Origin: Lingula anatina
Taxonomy: Eukaryota; Animalia; Brachiopoda
Length of the DNA: 64,000 bases
Assembly (NCBI GenBank): GCA_051362555.1
Contig: CM120640.1
Span: 9,672,001 to 9,736,000, forward strand
Reading direction: 5' to 3'
The translations under genes were made by a program, and so were the position numbers. The notes under the pieces are model-generated. The model saw only the letters and a list, made by a program, of their open reading frames with translations. It did no database searches and was not told the DNA's origin. Below, in pieces: positions 1 to 11,500 of the stretch (positions are counted from its first letter, which is position 1; each line of letters begins with the position of its first letter).

Positions 1-1691
1 GGAAAGACGCCGGTTTGTAGTATCAAGTTAAAGAGGGTGCATAGCGGATAAGCAATGGATACACTGCATAATTTTAACATTCTTACTGTTATACCGTCTG
101 GTCCGTTGGCCTTGGATGAGTCCAGGCTATTTATTATACAGCTTATTTCTTCGGGTGTTGTGTCGAGATCGGTTAAAATAACATCTGTTCTTTGTGGGAA
201 AGTGATATTTGTATCACAGTTTTGATTATCAGAATGGTAGCTTTTGCCAAAGTGATTTAGGAAGACCTCAGCTTTTTCTTCGTCAGAATTAGCAACATTA
301 CCGGTATTTACATTTCCAATCACCGGAATTGACCGATTGAATTTATTACCCAGAAGTTTTTTCAATGTTGGCCAATAGTGTTTCTTACTATCTGTTTTAG
401 CTTCAAGTGCTTCGATTAGGCTTTTATAATAAGAGTCTTTAGTTTCAGATATTAACTGCTTCACCAGGTTACTTTGGGCAACATAGCTGGCGATGTTTAC
501 TTGCGACGGGTTCAGTTTTACACGTTGGTACAATTTTCTCTTTCTATTTAATTCATGTGTAATTTTGTCATTGTACCATGGGTTCTCATTTCCACGTACT
601 TTACTATGTTTTCTTGGGATATGTTTTTCAAATATGGACATAAGCGTATCGATAAATTTTTTAGTCAGCAGGTGGACATCGGACTCGAGTTTAAACATGC
701 CGTCCCAGTCGAACTGGGTTATTTCGGTTTTTAGTCCTTCAGGGTTTGCATGGTCGTACTTCCATATAGTTCTATAGTAAGGCGAATGCTTACAGAGAGT
801 TATATCTATGGAGGTCACTAATGTAGCATGGTCTGTGCGTCCAATCGGTGCTTCCACAGAAGATCTTAGTACCAGGCCGGGAATGTCAGTCACAGTCAGG
901 TCAATGCATGAGACAGAGCTTCCTTGAATTCGGGTTGGCTCATTTATTAACTGGTCAAGGCCATGTTCGCAAAATATGTCGCTTAACATTCGACCTGGCA
1001 CGTCATCACCTCCCTCCAGAAACCATTGTCTGTTATGAGCATTAAAATCGCCATTTATTATGATTCCGTCATGCCGAGAGCGTCTTGTTTTCTCAAGGCA
1101 TTCGGATAGAAGGGACATGAAAATGTTCCTCTGTTGGGCTGATTGATTAGGAGATCTGTAGAATACACCGTAAAGAAGAGTTTTATGCTTCACTCGCAGC
1201 TCCACCCATAGGCAGTCCAACCCATCTAATTGAAGATCAGTTCGTTCTTTATACATTATATCATCGCACATATACAAGATAAGCCCTCGGCCATTATTTG
1301 AAAATACGGGTACTTGAAAGCCTTCAATATTATACTCTTCAATCCGATCTATCCTACAGATATTTCCTGCTTCGCAAAGCCCAACTACGTCAGCTTTAGC
1401 ATTTTTAATTCTTATTTTAAGGCTCTCGAAGCGTTCATCAGCGTCCGCGCTAAGACTCCTTATGTTTGAGAAAAGTATGGTAAGGGGGATCGAGTACGGC
1501 CCTGGGTTGGGGTGGATATCTCCGGATAGTAGAATGATCTCAAGCATGATGATAGTTACTAGGAACAGAGTCACCTTTGATGTCAGGTGAAGTGTGACGG
1601 GTGTCAGTTTGCATGATCCAGACGATAGCTTATGTATAACACAATAAAAATGGCCAATTGCGACCCTCCACTGACCTAAACTAATCCCCAT
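1..1691 (-). CDS. LINE ORF2 (N-terminal peptide, 2A-like motif, apurinic endonuclease; RT expected beyond the window)
   Basis: Manual translation from ATG 1691: MGISLGQWRVAIG...LLSGDIHPNPGP...FSNIRSL...VVGLCE...GVFYRSP...INGDFNAH...NEPTR...CIDL...TDH, which are APE/EEP motifs. Missing from the ORF track, consistent with running off the window edge without a stop. Confidence 0.9.
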   Translation of the reverse strand, partial: MGISLGQWRVAIGHFYCVIHKLSSGSCKLTPVTLHLTSKVTLFLVTIIMLEIILLSGDIHPNPGPYSIPLTILFSNIRSLSADADERFESLKIRIKNAKADVVGLCEAGNICRIDRIEEYNIEGFQVPVFSNNGRGLILYMCDDIMYKERTDLQLDGLDCLWVELRVKHKTLLYGVFYRSPNQSAQQRNIFMSLLSECLEKTRRSRHDGIIINGDFNAHNRQWFLEGGDDVPGRMLSDIFCEHGLDQLINEPTRIQGSSVSCIDLTVTDIPGLVLRSSVEAPIGRTDHATLVTSIDITLCKHSPYYRTIWKYDHANPEGLKTEITQFDWDGMFKLESDVHLLTKKFIDTLMSIFEKHIPRKHSKVRGNENPWYNDKITHELNRKRKLYQRVKLNPSQVNIASYVAQSNLVKQLISETKDSYYKSLIEALEAKTDSKKHYWPTLKKLLGNKFNRSIPVIGNVNTGNVANSDEEKAEVFLNHFGKSYHSDNQNCDTNITFPQRTDVILTDLDTTPEEISCIINSLDSSKANGPDGITVRMLKLCSVSIAYPLCTLFNLILQTGVF

Positions 1692-2025
1692 TCATGTGAA
1701 TGATCATCAAGTACCCCCGTCCCCAGCCATGCCCTCCCCTCAGTCCTCTTAGGTTATATTTTGGAAAACTAGAGTTCATAGTCAGAGGAAAAAAGGGGGG
1801 AAAAGGAAGCGGATGTGCATAGTATATAGCAACAACCAAGCAGTCGAATGAGAACTGGCTTGGTAGAGTGGATAAGAAACAAAATGAATAAATATACAGA
1901 AACACATGCAACGCTTCGCTTACAACATTACACACATAAGTCGTCATAATCAGTTTAGTCCTGATTATATACCATCGTCAGACAGAAAGATGTACCTGTA
2001 CAGTTTATAATAAGTCTTTTGCATT

Positions 2026-2913
2026 TTATTTATAGTTTTTCTTTTTTATTTTTTCGTCAATGATGTCAAATATGTCGAATTTTATTTTGTCATCAGTGTT
2101 TTTTGGTTTGCCATAGACGCTCCCGTTAAAATACCACGCTTGTTCTATTAGCTGACTCTCATTTAGTCTGTGTAAAAGCTCAATGTTACGTTTGGTTACA
2201 TCGTCTGAAAGTTTCATATTCTTTCCCGATTTTCTGAGTACTGCACGCTTTTTCATAATCCGTGCTTTCACATCAGTGTTCTTTACTTTCAGTAATATTG
2301 GTCTTTCCTGTCCTCGCTTTCCAGGTATCCTGTGAACGGCAACGATCTCTTCACTGGTCACCCGTACACCCGTTTCCGTCAGTAGCAGTTTGGACACCAA
2401 GCCGACCATGTCTTCATTTTTCTCCTCTTTCACTCCGTAGATCTTGATGTTATTTTTTCGAGAGTATTGCTCATTGTAGTTGGCATTGATTTGAGCTTCT
2501 TTGGACATGTTGCCAGCTTCCTCTGCTATTTTTGCTAACCTTGTAATTTCTCTTTTATTGTCCATAATCTGCTCTTTCAATAGTTCGTTTTCAGTTGACA
2601 GGTGATCGTATCCCTCTTTCAGTCTTCCGAATCTCACGTCGAATTTCATTTCCATTTCTAAAAACCGATTTTCCATGGCTTCTTTTAAGTCCTTGACCAT
2701 CACGCCAACCATAGTTTTAATTTCGCCCACCTCATCTTTTATTATTTGTTTTAATTCAGCTTTAATTTCTAGCATTTCTTGCATAATGAGTTGAGATTCA
2801 TCGCCACTGGAGTTTGAGAGTTCCGAGTGAAGTCTTTTCGTTGACTGAGATGTTTTCGAGTCATTACGCTCGTTTGATTCTTTAGTTCCATTCATCATGG
2901 GGCGATGAACCAT
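2026..2913 (-). CDS. LINE ORF1 (coiled coil plus L1TD1/transposase_22-like RRM-CTD), 295 aa
   Basis: Heptad-rich region, then EQYSRKNNIKIYGVKE...VHRIPGK...RPILLKV...DDVTKRN...AWYFNG, typical of this ORF1 class. Confidence 0.85.
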   Translation of the reverse strand: MVHRPMMNGTKESNERNDSKTSQSTKRLHSELSNSSGDESQLIMQEMLEIKAELKQIIKDEVGEIKTMVGVMVKDLKEAMENRFLEMEMKFDVRFGRLKEGYDHLSTENELLKEQIMDNKREITRLAKIAEEAGNMSKEAQINANYNEQYSRKNNIKIYGVKEEKNEDMVGLVSKLLLTETGVRVTSEEIVAVHRIPGKRGQERPILLKVKNTDVKARIMKKRAVLRKSGKNMKLSDDVTKRNIELLHRLNESQLIEQAWYFNGSVYGKPKNTDDKIKFDIFDIIDEKIKKKNYK

Positions 2914-3468
2914 ACACTGTACACATTAATAGTGCAGGTAGAATAGATAATGAGGCAGCAATTCACTGATGTTCTCTGATCAGGGCACTTATAGTGTTAC
3001 GCAATATTTCGCTTACTGTACATTTACCTTTGTTTATGAATAGTACTCATGCTTAGTCCAATCTGCACTTGGAATGTTATATATACGAAAGCCGCCAAAA
3101 AAGCACTTTTGTTACACAGTTGTCAAAAACAGGCTCACATATCGGTGCACGGTCTATTCATGTCATCGTAACTCACCCCGATCGTTCTGTCACCCCGTAC
3201 ATCCCTTGACTGACGGTAACTTTTGCGAGCTAGCAAACCCCAGTCTCCAGCTCGTCGGCCATCTTGCGTTCATCCTCCTGAACATAGCCTTAGTCACCTA
3301 TCAGAATTTTTATATATATAAAAGCCACAAACCTTTAAAAACCTGTAAAGGATTAATGTAGCTACGGGAAGGCTATAAATTAACAAGTCCCTTTAAAAGA
3401 ATTAAGCTCTCTGACAGTGGCTTATCAGTAGTAGTCTATTCTTTATTAAAAAATTGATTAATTTCCAG

Positions 3469-5828
3469 TGCCCTGCCCTGCATCCTCCCACTGTACTGGA
3501 AATGGCCCAGGTCTGGCTGAGTGCTCTTGTGATGAAGGCAATCATGGATACAAATGCTCCAGACAGGTACAGTAATTACTCAATAAATTCAAGCATTTGT
3601 CTCTCACAAAATTGCTTTGCTAATTATATTTAGTAAAGTCGTTTTAGAATTAAAAAAAAAAAATAAGGTGTCTTCCTGGCAGAAAGTAAATTATGGTGAG
3701 GGTTTGGATTGATAAATGTCAGAAAAAGTGAGGCATATAAAAATCTAAGTAACTACTGTAGGTGACTTATGCAAAAAATTTGTGGCAGGAAAGATTGTGA
3801 AAGATTTATTTATACCAGTGAATAAGTTGTTGCTGGTTTCGGGTGTTAAGTCCCAAAATAATTGTACTTTTACAGCCCTTAAAAAGCTCAGCATATTTCA
3901 TGCAATCACATCCAGGAACAGAGTCAAAGTTTTAATAATTGTGGCTAACAAAGGTCCCTTTTTATCAGTGATACCATATACACTTTTCATACAAGTTTAT
4001 TAGTACCACCAGCGTGTACGCTGGAGGTACTCATGGTTTTAGTCCCGACCCGTCTCGTCCGGCTCCGCCGGCTCCTGCGGCTCCGTTGGCTCCGTTTGCT
4101 CCGCCGGCTCCGCGTACTGGCGCCGGATACAAGTCACCGTTACCGCTTCTCCTCCTAGACCGCAAGGACCCCTGTCTCCATCTCTTGGATTTAGGTCACA
4201 TATAACCTCAACTTGAATCCCCAAGTTTTTTTGTCTCAGTCGGTGCATTGACCTGGGCGTGACACTCGTTGAATTGCACCTTTGTCAAAATTTTTGAAAA
4301 TTCAATGCCAATTATCTACCCTACGGAAGGAATTATGGGAAAAATTTCTACAGACGACTGACCGAAAGTCATATGTGGAGATTTCAAATATGCCCTTGGA
4401 TTTGACCTTTGACCTTTGTTTCAAGGTCAAACGGGCCAAAATTTTCAAAAAAACAAATTTTTTTACAAAAAAAAAAAAATTATTTTTGCTGTTATTCAGA
4501 CACTACACAGACTTAACCAATAATATTATTGGAAAGTGATCCCCTTTGGGTCATCTTTCATCTCCGTGAATTTGGGGTCAATCAGTGCATTTTCACGGGA
4601 GTAGCGACCATAAGATACCGAAACTGAAAACTGTCTATTATTTGGGAACCATTAATGCTAGAGACCCGTTCTTTTTTGCATTTTGTAGAGCATGTAAAGC
4701 CTAACACTGCAGATGGTCTCCGTTTTTTCGTATTCCATACAGTTTTCGAGTTATGCTGTATCAAAAAGTACATTGTGGTTGTGAAAATTATAACATTTAG
4801 TCCCTTATATCTCCAAAACTGGCAGAGATAGGTCTATAGTTACTATTAAAATTGAATAGGAAGTCACATACTGGCAATTTAAATGTGACCTTGAAATTGA
4901 CCTTTGACCTACTTTTCACCATGAATTGAACTTTGCAAATTTTGGTTCCTTTTTATCTCCAAAACTGGCAGAGATAGGTCCATAGTTACTATTGAACTTG
5001 AATAGAAAGTCATATACTGGCAATCTAAATGTGACCTTGAAATTGACCTTTGACCTACTTTACACCATAAACTGAACTTTGCAACTTTTTAATGCTTTTA
5101 TTTTCAAAACTGGCAGAGATAGGTCCATAGTTACTATTGAATTTGAATAGAAAGTCATATGAGGCAATTTACTGTGACCTTAAAATTGACCTTTGACCTA
5201 CTTTTAACCATAAACTGAACTTTGCAATTTTTTATGCTTTTATTTTCAAAACTGGCAGAGATACACCCATAGTTACTATTGAATTTGAATAGAAAGTCAT
5301 TAGAGGCAATTTACTGTGACCCTTAAATTGACCTTTGACCTACTTTTAACCATGAATTGAACTTTGCAAATTTTGTTCCCTTTTCTCTCCAAAACTGGCA
5401 GAGATAGGTCCATAGTTACTATTGACCTGGAATAGAAAGTCATTAGAGGCAATTTACTGTGACCCTTGACCTACTTTTTACGATGAACTGAACTTTGATT
5501 GTACCATATTTAGTTTTTTTTTTTTTTTTTTTTTTTTTTTGCATATTTTGAGAATTCTTGTTGATTGCATTTTATAGAGCTTGTCAAGCACAAGACTGGT
5601 GGTGGAGTCCCTTTTTTTGGGTGGGGGGTCCATACGAATGCGCTTACTCCAGCTGGTGGTACAATATCCGGAGGCGGTATCGCCTGTCTGATCCTCTAGT
5701 TATTTATTTATTTTGTATTCCAGGGGAAGTTTCCTACAGCTGGGTTTGCAATAGGTTTAATAAGCAGTACAATTGTGGCAGCAGGAGTTATGTGGTGTAC
5801 TCACAGAAGGCATACAAAGATGGAATAA
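3469..5828 (+). CDS. ATRAID: ATRAID/APR-3, last two coding exons (3469-3566 EGF-like; 5724-5828 transmembrane and tail); earlier exons lie before the window
   Basis: AG/GT-bounded exon encodes PCPASSHCTGNGPGLAECSCDEGNHGYKCSRQ. It splices in phase 0 to GKFPTAGFAIGLISSTIVAAGVMWCTHRRHTKME*. This matches the ATRAID pattern GPG..C.C..G.HGYKC.RQG.F + TM + W.T.RR. Confidence 0.85.
4000..5700 (+). mobile_element. Non-autonomous Helentron-type element (HINE/DINE-1-like), copy 1
   Basis: Subterminal IR TACCACCAGC (4004) / GCTGGTGGTA (5652-5661); 5' short IR and GCTCCGCCG-type microsatellite; internal tandem array; 3' hairpin AGGCG-GTAT-CGCCT (5672-5685) then CTAG-T; T-rich flanks; no TSD. Confidence 0.85.
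4800..5500 (+). repeat. About 5 copies of a 142-146 bp satellite monomer inside HINE copy 1
   Basis: GGCAGAGATA recurs at 4821, 4967, 5112, 5254 and 5397. Confidence 0.9.
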
Positions 5829-5995
5829 CATAATGTTGTGTTTATGTTACTCTGCATCAAGTAACTTCGCAGATGGAAAGCATTTATTCCAAAGACTTGG
5901 AGGAAGTCCATGAAAACTTCATATCATGGCATCCGTGACATATTGAACTTCCATGCTATTTTTTTATTTGATAGAGTCCATAAAACAAATACTAA

Positions 5996-6210
5996 GACCC
6001 CATTCCCAGAGATTAGATCGATCCAAACTAGATCGACCTAACTCCCTGGGGGTTCACACTAAATAGCTGTCAGCCGAGCAGGCACGAAAGTTAATTACCC
6101 CCTTACAGCTTGTAGTAGGCGGGACAGACATTTAAGCCAGATTATCTGACAGTAATCTAGTGAGACTCCCCACGGGGATAGATCGATCTAAAATCTATGG
6201 GAATATGCCC
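5996..6210. mobile_element. Tourist/PIF-Harbinger-like MITE in the ATRAID 3' region
   Basis: Imperfect TIRs (GACCCCATTCCCAGAGATTAGATCGATC / GATCGATCTAAAATCTATGGGAATATGCCC), flanked by TAA on both sides. Confidence 0.65.
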
Positions 6211-6559
6211 TAAGAAACACAGTGAATAGAGGGATGTGTTTCTCAGTGAATTTTTTTTAAATCTCATTTTATGACAGAAATATGTCAAAGTGCTACTTTA
6301 AATGTAATATGAGAGGCAAATGTAAATGGCATTTTTGATTTAATATTTGCAGAAGCTATGTGAAAAACTAGAGGATCAGAGAGGCGATACCGCCTCCGAA
6401 TATTGTACCACCAGCTGGAGCAAGCGCATTCGTATAGACCCCCACATACACAAAATAAGGGGTGCAGCCACCAGTCTTGTGCTTGACAAGCTGTAAAAAT
6501 GCAATCAACAAGAATTTTCAAAATATGCAAAAAATATATATAACTAAAAATGGTGCAAT

Positions 6560-8010
6560 CAAAGTTAAGTTCATTGTAAGGTAGGTCAAAGGTCAATTTC
6601 AAGGTCACAGTAAATTGCCAGTATATGACTTCCTATCCAACTTCAATAGTAACTATGGACCTATCTCTGCCAGTTTTGGAGATAAAAGGGAAGCAAAATT
6701 TGCAAAGTTCAGTTCATGGTGAAAAGTAGGTCAAAGGTCAATTTCAAGGTCACAGTAAGATTGCCAGTATATGACTTCCTATTCAACTTCAATAGTAACT
6801 ATGGACCTATCTCTGCCAGTTTTGGAGATAAAAGGGAAGCAAAATTTGCAAAGTTCAGTTCATGGTGAAAAGTAGGTCAAAGGTCAATTTCAAGGTCACA
6901 TTTAGATTGCCAGTATATGACTTCCTATTCAACTTCAATAGTAACTATGGACCTATCTCTGCCAGTTTTGGAGATAAAAGGGAAGCAAAATTTGCAAAGT
7001 TCAGTTCATGGTGAAAAGAAGGTCAAAGGTCAATTTCAAGGTCACAGTAAAATTGCCAGTATATGACTTCCTATGCAAGTTCAATAGTAACTATGGACCT
7101 ATCTCTGCCAGTTTTGGAGATAAAAGGGAAGCAAATTTTGCAAAGTTCAGTTCAAGGTGAAAAGTAGGTCAAAGGTCAATTTCAAGGTCACAGTAAAATT
7201 GCCATTATATGACTTCCTATTCAAGTTCAATAGTAACTATGGACCTATCTCTGCCAGTTTTGGAGATAAAAGGGAAGCAAAATTTGCAAAGTTCAGTTCA
7301 TGGTGATAAGTAGGTCAAAGGTCAATTTCAAGGTCACAGTAAGATTGCCAGTATATGACTTCCTATTCAACTTCAATAGTAACTATGGACCTATCTCTGC
7401 CAGTTTTGGAGATAAAAGGGAAGCAAAATTTGCAAAGTTCAGTTCATGGTGAAAAGTAGGTCAAAGGTCAATTTCAAGGTCACATTTAGATTGCCAGTAT
7501 ATGACTTCCTATTCAACTTCAATAGTAACTATGGACCTATCTCTGCCAGTTTTGGAGATAAAAGGGAAGCAAAATTTGCAAAGTTCAGTTCATGGTGAAA
7601 AGAAGGTCAAAGGTCAATTTCAAGGTCACAGTAAAATTGCCAGTATATGACTTCCTATGCAAGTTCAATAGTAACTATGGACCTATCTCTGCCAGTTTTG
7701 GAGATAAAAGGGAAGCAAATTTTGCAAAGTTCAGTTCAAGGTGAAAAGTAGGTCAAAGGTCAATTTCAAGGTCACAGTAAAATTGCCAGTATATGACTTC
7801 CTATTCAAGTTCAATAGTAACTATGGACCTATCTCTGCCAGTTTTGGAGATAAAAGGGAAGCAAAATTTGCAAAGTTCAGTTCATGGTGAAAAGTAGGTC
7901 AAAGGTCAATGTCAAGGTCACAGTAAGATTGCCAGTATATGACTTCCTATTCAACTTCAATAGTAACTATGGACCTATCTCTGCCAGTTTTGGAGATATA
8001 AGGGACTAAA
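6560..8010 (-). repeat. 10 x 146-bp satellite array
   Basis: AACTATGGAC at 6651, 6797, 6943, 7089, 7235, 7381, 7527, 7673, 7819 and 7965, an exact 146-bp period. Confidence 0.95.
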
Positions 8011-8248
8011 TGTTATAATTTTGGAGTTACCATAATGTGCCATAAATTGCCTACAGAAAAAATTAATTAAAATAAAGAAAAGGTCATTTTGGTCAAAGTT
8101 CTTGAAATGGGAGGTTCTCTGAAGTTGCAGAAGTTTAAATTTGATAAAATAATGTCATTTTTGACCACAAGTTGTCTGCTTTGCCAAGCATTATGTTTTA
8201 TTTTTCCGGAGTTCAAAATTTATTATCCATTACCGTACTGCACATTTT

Positions 8249-8540
8249 TACAGAAGCCGACTGGTGCCATATGTTGAAAAAAAAAATTATCTCGAAATTT
8301 CGAGATAGCATTTTTTTTGTTCAAATTTCAAAATACTATCTCGAAATTTCGAGATAAATTTTTTTGCTCAAATATCAAAATGCTATCTCGAAATTTCGAG
8401 ATAATTTTTTTTTTGTTCAAATTTCAAAATGCTATCTCGAAATTTCGAGATAAAAATTTTTTTTGTTCAAATTTCAAAATAGTATCTCGAAATTTCGAGA
8501 TAATTTTTTTTTCTACATATGGCACCAGTCGGCTTCCGTA
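8249..8540. mobile_element. Fold-back MITE with TAC...GTA ends and 6-bp TSD (IS3EU-like)
   Basis: TIR TACAGAAGCCGACTGGTGCCATATG / CATATGGCACCAGTCGGCTTCCGTA; CATTTT on both flanks; five internal copies of the 20-bp palindrome TATCTCGAAATTTCGAGATA. Confidence 0.75.
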
Positions 8541-11500
8541 CATTTTCCTTTCACCACCAATATGTACTTTCTGATACAGCGTAACTCGAAAACCGTATGG
8601 AATACAAAAAAAACCGAGACCACCTCCAGTGTTGGGCTTTACATGCTCTACAAAATGCAAAAAAGAATGGGTCTCTAGCATTAACGGTTCCCGAATTAGA
8701 GACAGTTTTCAGTTTCGGTATCTTATGGCCGCTACTCCTGTGAAAATGCACCGATTGACCCCAAATTCACGGAGATGAAAGATGACCTGAAGGGTAACAC
8801 TTTCCAATAATATTATTGGTTAAGTCTGTGTGGCGTCTGAATAACAGGGCAAAAAAATTTTTTTTCGTAAAAAATTTCATTTTTTTGAAAATTTTGACCC
8901 ATTTGACCTTGAAGTAAAGGTCAAAGGTCAAATCCGAGGGTATATTTGAAATCTACACATATGACTTTTGGAAAGCCGTCTATAGAAATTTTTCCCGTAA
9001 CTCCTTCTGTAGGGTAGATAATTAGCATTTAATTTTGCCATTTTTAGACAAGGGTGCATTGCAATGAGTGCCACACCCAGACCCCAATACCGACAAAGCC
9101 CAAATTTTACGTGGAACGAGTTGAGATTATAGGTGACCTAAATCCATGAGATGGGTACGGGGGCCCTTACCGTCTAGGAGGAGAAGCGGTAACGGTAACA
9201 TGGCGGCGGAGCCGGCGGAACGGACCGGACGGGACCGAAACCATGTGTACCGCCAGCGCTAACGCTGGTGGTAAATTTTTTTTGTTCAAATTTCAAAATA
9301 GTATCTCGAAATTTCGAGATAATTTTTTTTTCTACATATGGCACCAGTGGGCTTCCGTACATTTTCCTTTCACCACCAATATGTACTTTTTGATACAGCG
9401 TAACTCGAAAACCGTATGGAATACAAAAAAACCGAGACCACCTCCAGTGTTGGGCTTTACATGCTCTACAAAATGCAAAAAAGAATGGGTCTCTAGCATT
9501 AACGGTTCCCGAATTAGAGACAGTTTTCAGTTTCGGTATCTTATGGCCGCTACTCCTGTGAAAATGCACCGATTGACCCCAAATTCACGGAGATGAAAGA
9601 TGACCTGAAGGGTAACACTTTCCAATAATATTATTGGTTAAGTCTGTGTGGTGTCTGAATAACAGGGCAAAAAATTTTTTTTTCGTAAAAAATTTCATTT
9701 TTTTTGAAAATTTTGGCCCATTTGACCTTGAAGTAAAGGTCAAAGGTCAAATCCGAGGGTATATTTGAAATCTACACATATGACTTTTGGAAAGCCGTCT
9801 GTAGAAAATTTTCCCGTAACTCCTTCCGTAGGGTAGATAATTAGCATTTAATTTTGCCATTTTTGGACAAGGGTGCATTGCAATGAGTGCCACACCCAGA
9901 CCCCAATACCGACAAAGCCCAAATTTTACGTGGAACGAGTTGAGATTATAGGTGACCTAAATCCATGAGATGGGTATGGGGGGCCTTACCGTCTAGGAGG
10001 AGAAGCGGTAACGGTAGCCGTCCGGCGGAGCCGGCGGAGCCGGCGGAACCGGCGGAGCCGGCGGAGCCGGCGGAACGATCCGGACGAGACCGAAACCATG
10101 TGTACCGCCAGCGCTAACGCTGGTGGTACAATAAATGTTATTTAATTGAAGTTCTTCATTTACTTATTTGCATTATAGGGTATCAGGACAATTCCACCCA
10201 GTAATTAATATAATTATAAGAATGAAGAATGTGATATTGACAAAAATTATAAATGCCTGCCTTTAATAAATTTGTATCTCCAGGTATCTCACTTATCCAG
10301 GTATCCCTTGGTGAACTTATTGTCACTTTTAGTCATCTTAACCCCCCCCCCCCCACACACACACACACACCACCTCATCACATTGACTGCCTATATTCAA
10401 GGTGCATCACCAGGTAAACGTGAGGTAAACATGATCTCATTCTCCCAGGTATTCCACCGATGAATTTACTGTCAGTTTTAATTGTTCTTCCACTACCAAA
10501 TGACCATAAATAAACAACCTTCAGTTATTTTATTTTTTCTAGTTTCATTTTTATAATTTACTTAACCCATTCAGAAAACTTCCTAACATCAAATGAAATG
10601 TGGATAAAATGATAATTGCTTTTAGAAAATAATGGTAAAATGGAATTGTTTTTTTAATAAAAAATACCATATAATTGCACTTTTTAAAAGTTTGCACGTA
10701 TTGCATTCTATAATTAAGGTTATCTCTCAGGTTCATTGATGTGTGAGCTTCCTGAATCTTGTAATTAATAGCCAATACCTTTGTTTTTTATTATATTTTG
10801 TCTCCTATATTCAAGAAATGTATAAATGCCTGAAAATGATCATTCAAAAGCAGTGTATATTCTTTCTTGAGATGGGGGGGGGGGGGGAGAGGATTGTCCT
10901 AGAAGCATATATTATGGATTTCATTTGTATTCTTCTTTGTTTGTAAACAACACCAACAATAATAATTTCATAAGAAAAAAGCTTCATTCCATTTTGCCAT
11001 TCATTCGTCCACATTTTGCACAGAGTTTAAGTCTACTAAGCTTAATTTCTGTACTACTTGAATAGTTACTGAGAGGTGAGTGTTCTTAAATAAATTTATA
11101 ATTTTTTGGCAGGTCATTAATATTAATGGTATTACTCATAACTATACTCACTAATGGCACATTTTTGAGTACTCGGTGTGATGTTGTCATATACCCACTC
11201 TTATTTTCAAGTGTGCCAACTACAGACTTAATGTGTTGTACAAAATTTTTTCACCTACATTGTAGCTATTGGACTCAACAGTTATGTAAGTTGTATCTCT
11301 ACATTTAGGCAATTTCTATCTCTATTCATTTGCATTTTATTGCACAAGAATTTATTATTTCTTTTATTTCTTTAAGTGGACCAGCATTTTAAAATAAAGC
11401 TATAGTAAAACCTGAGTTCAGACTTAAGGCTTTTCAACACAGGTGAATCCTGAAACAGTAACGGAGAGCAAATACTGGGTAAAGACAAATCAGCACTAGT

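Larger units (their letters stand above)
1..3300 (-). mobile_element. APE-type non-LTR retrotransposon (CR1/L2-group LINE), 5' part, antisense in an ATRAID intron; 3' part lies outside the window
   Basis: Two co-oriented ORFs (ORF1 2913-2026; ORF2 from 1691 past base 1). YY1-like CAAGATGGCCGA at 3266-3255 marks the likely 5' end, which is approximate. Confidence 0.9.
6367..10132 (-). mobile_element. HINE copy 2, inverted relative to copy 1, with expanded satellite, nested MITE and duplicated 5' end
   Basis: Reverse complement of the copy 1 termini: ACTAGAGGATCAG...AGGCGATACCGCCT at 6367; GCTGGTGGTA at 9264 and 10119. Confidence 0.85.

Noticed and set aside
6560-8010. Regular repeats resembling a CRISPR array
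   Set aside because: Head-to-tail monomers without unique spacers, no cas genes, eukaryotic context.
4014-9596. Many 60-130 aa ORFs in the track
   Set aside because: They derive from HINE, satellite and MITE sequence, repeat between copies and have no protein motifs. The real coding piece here is the ATRAID exon at 5724-5828.
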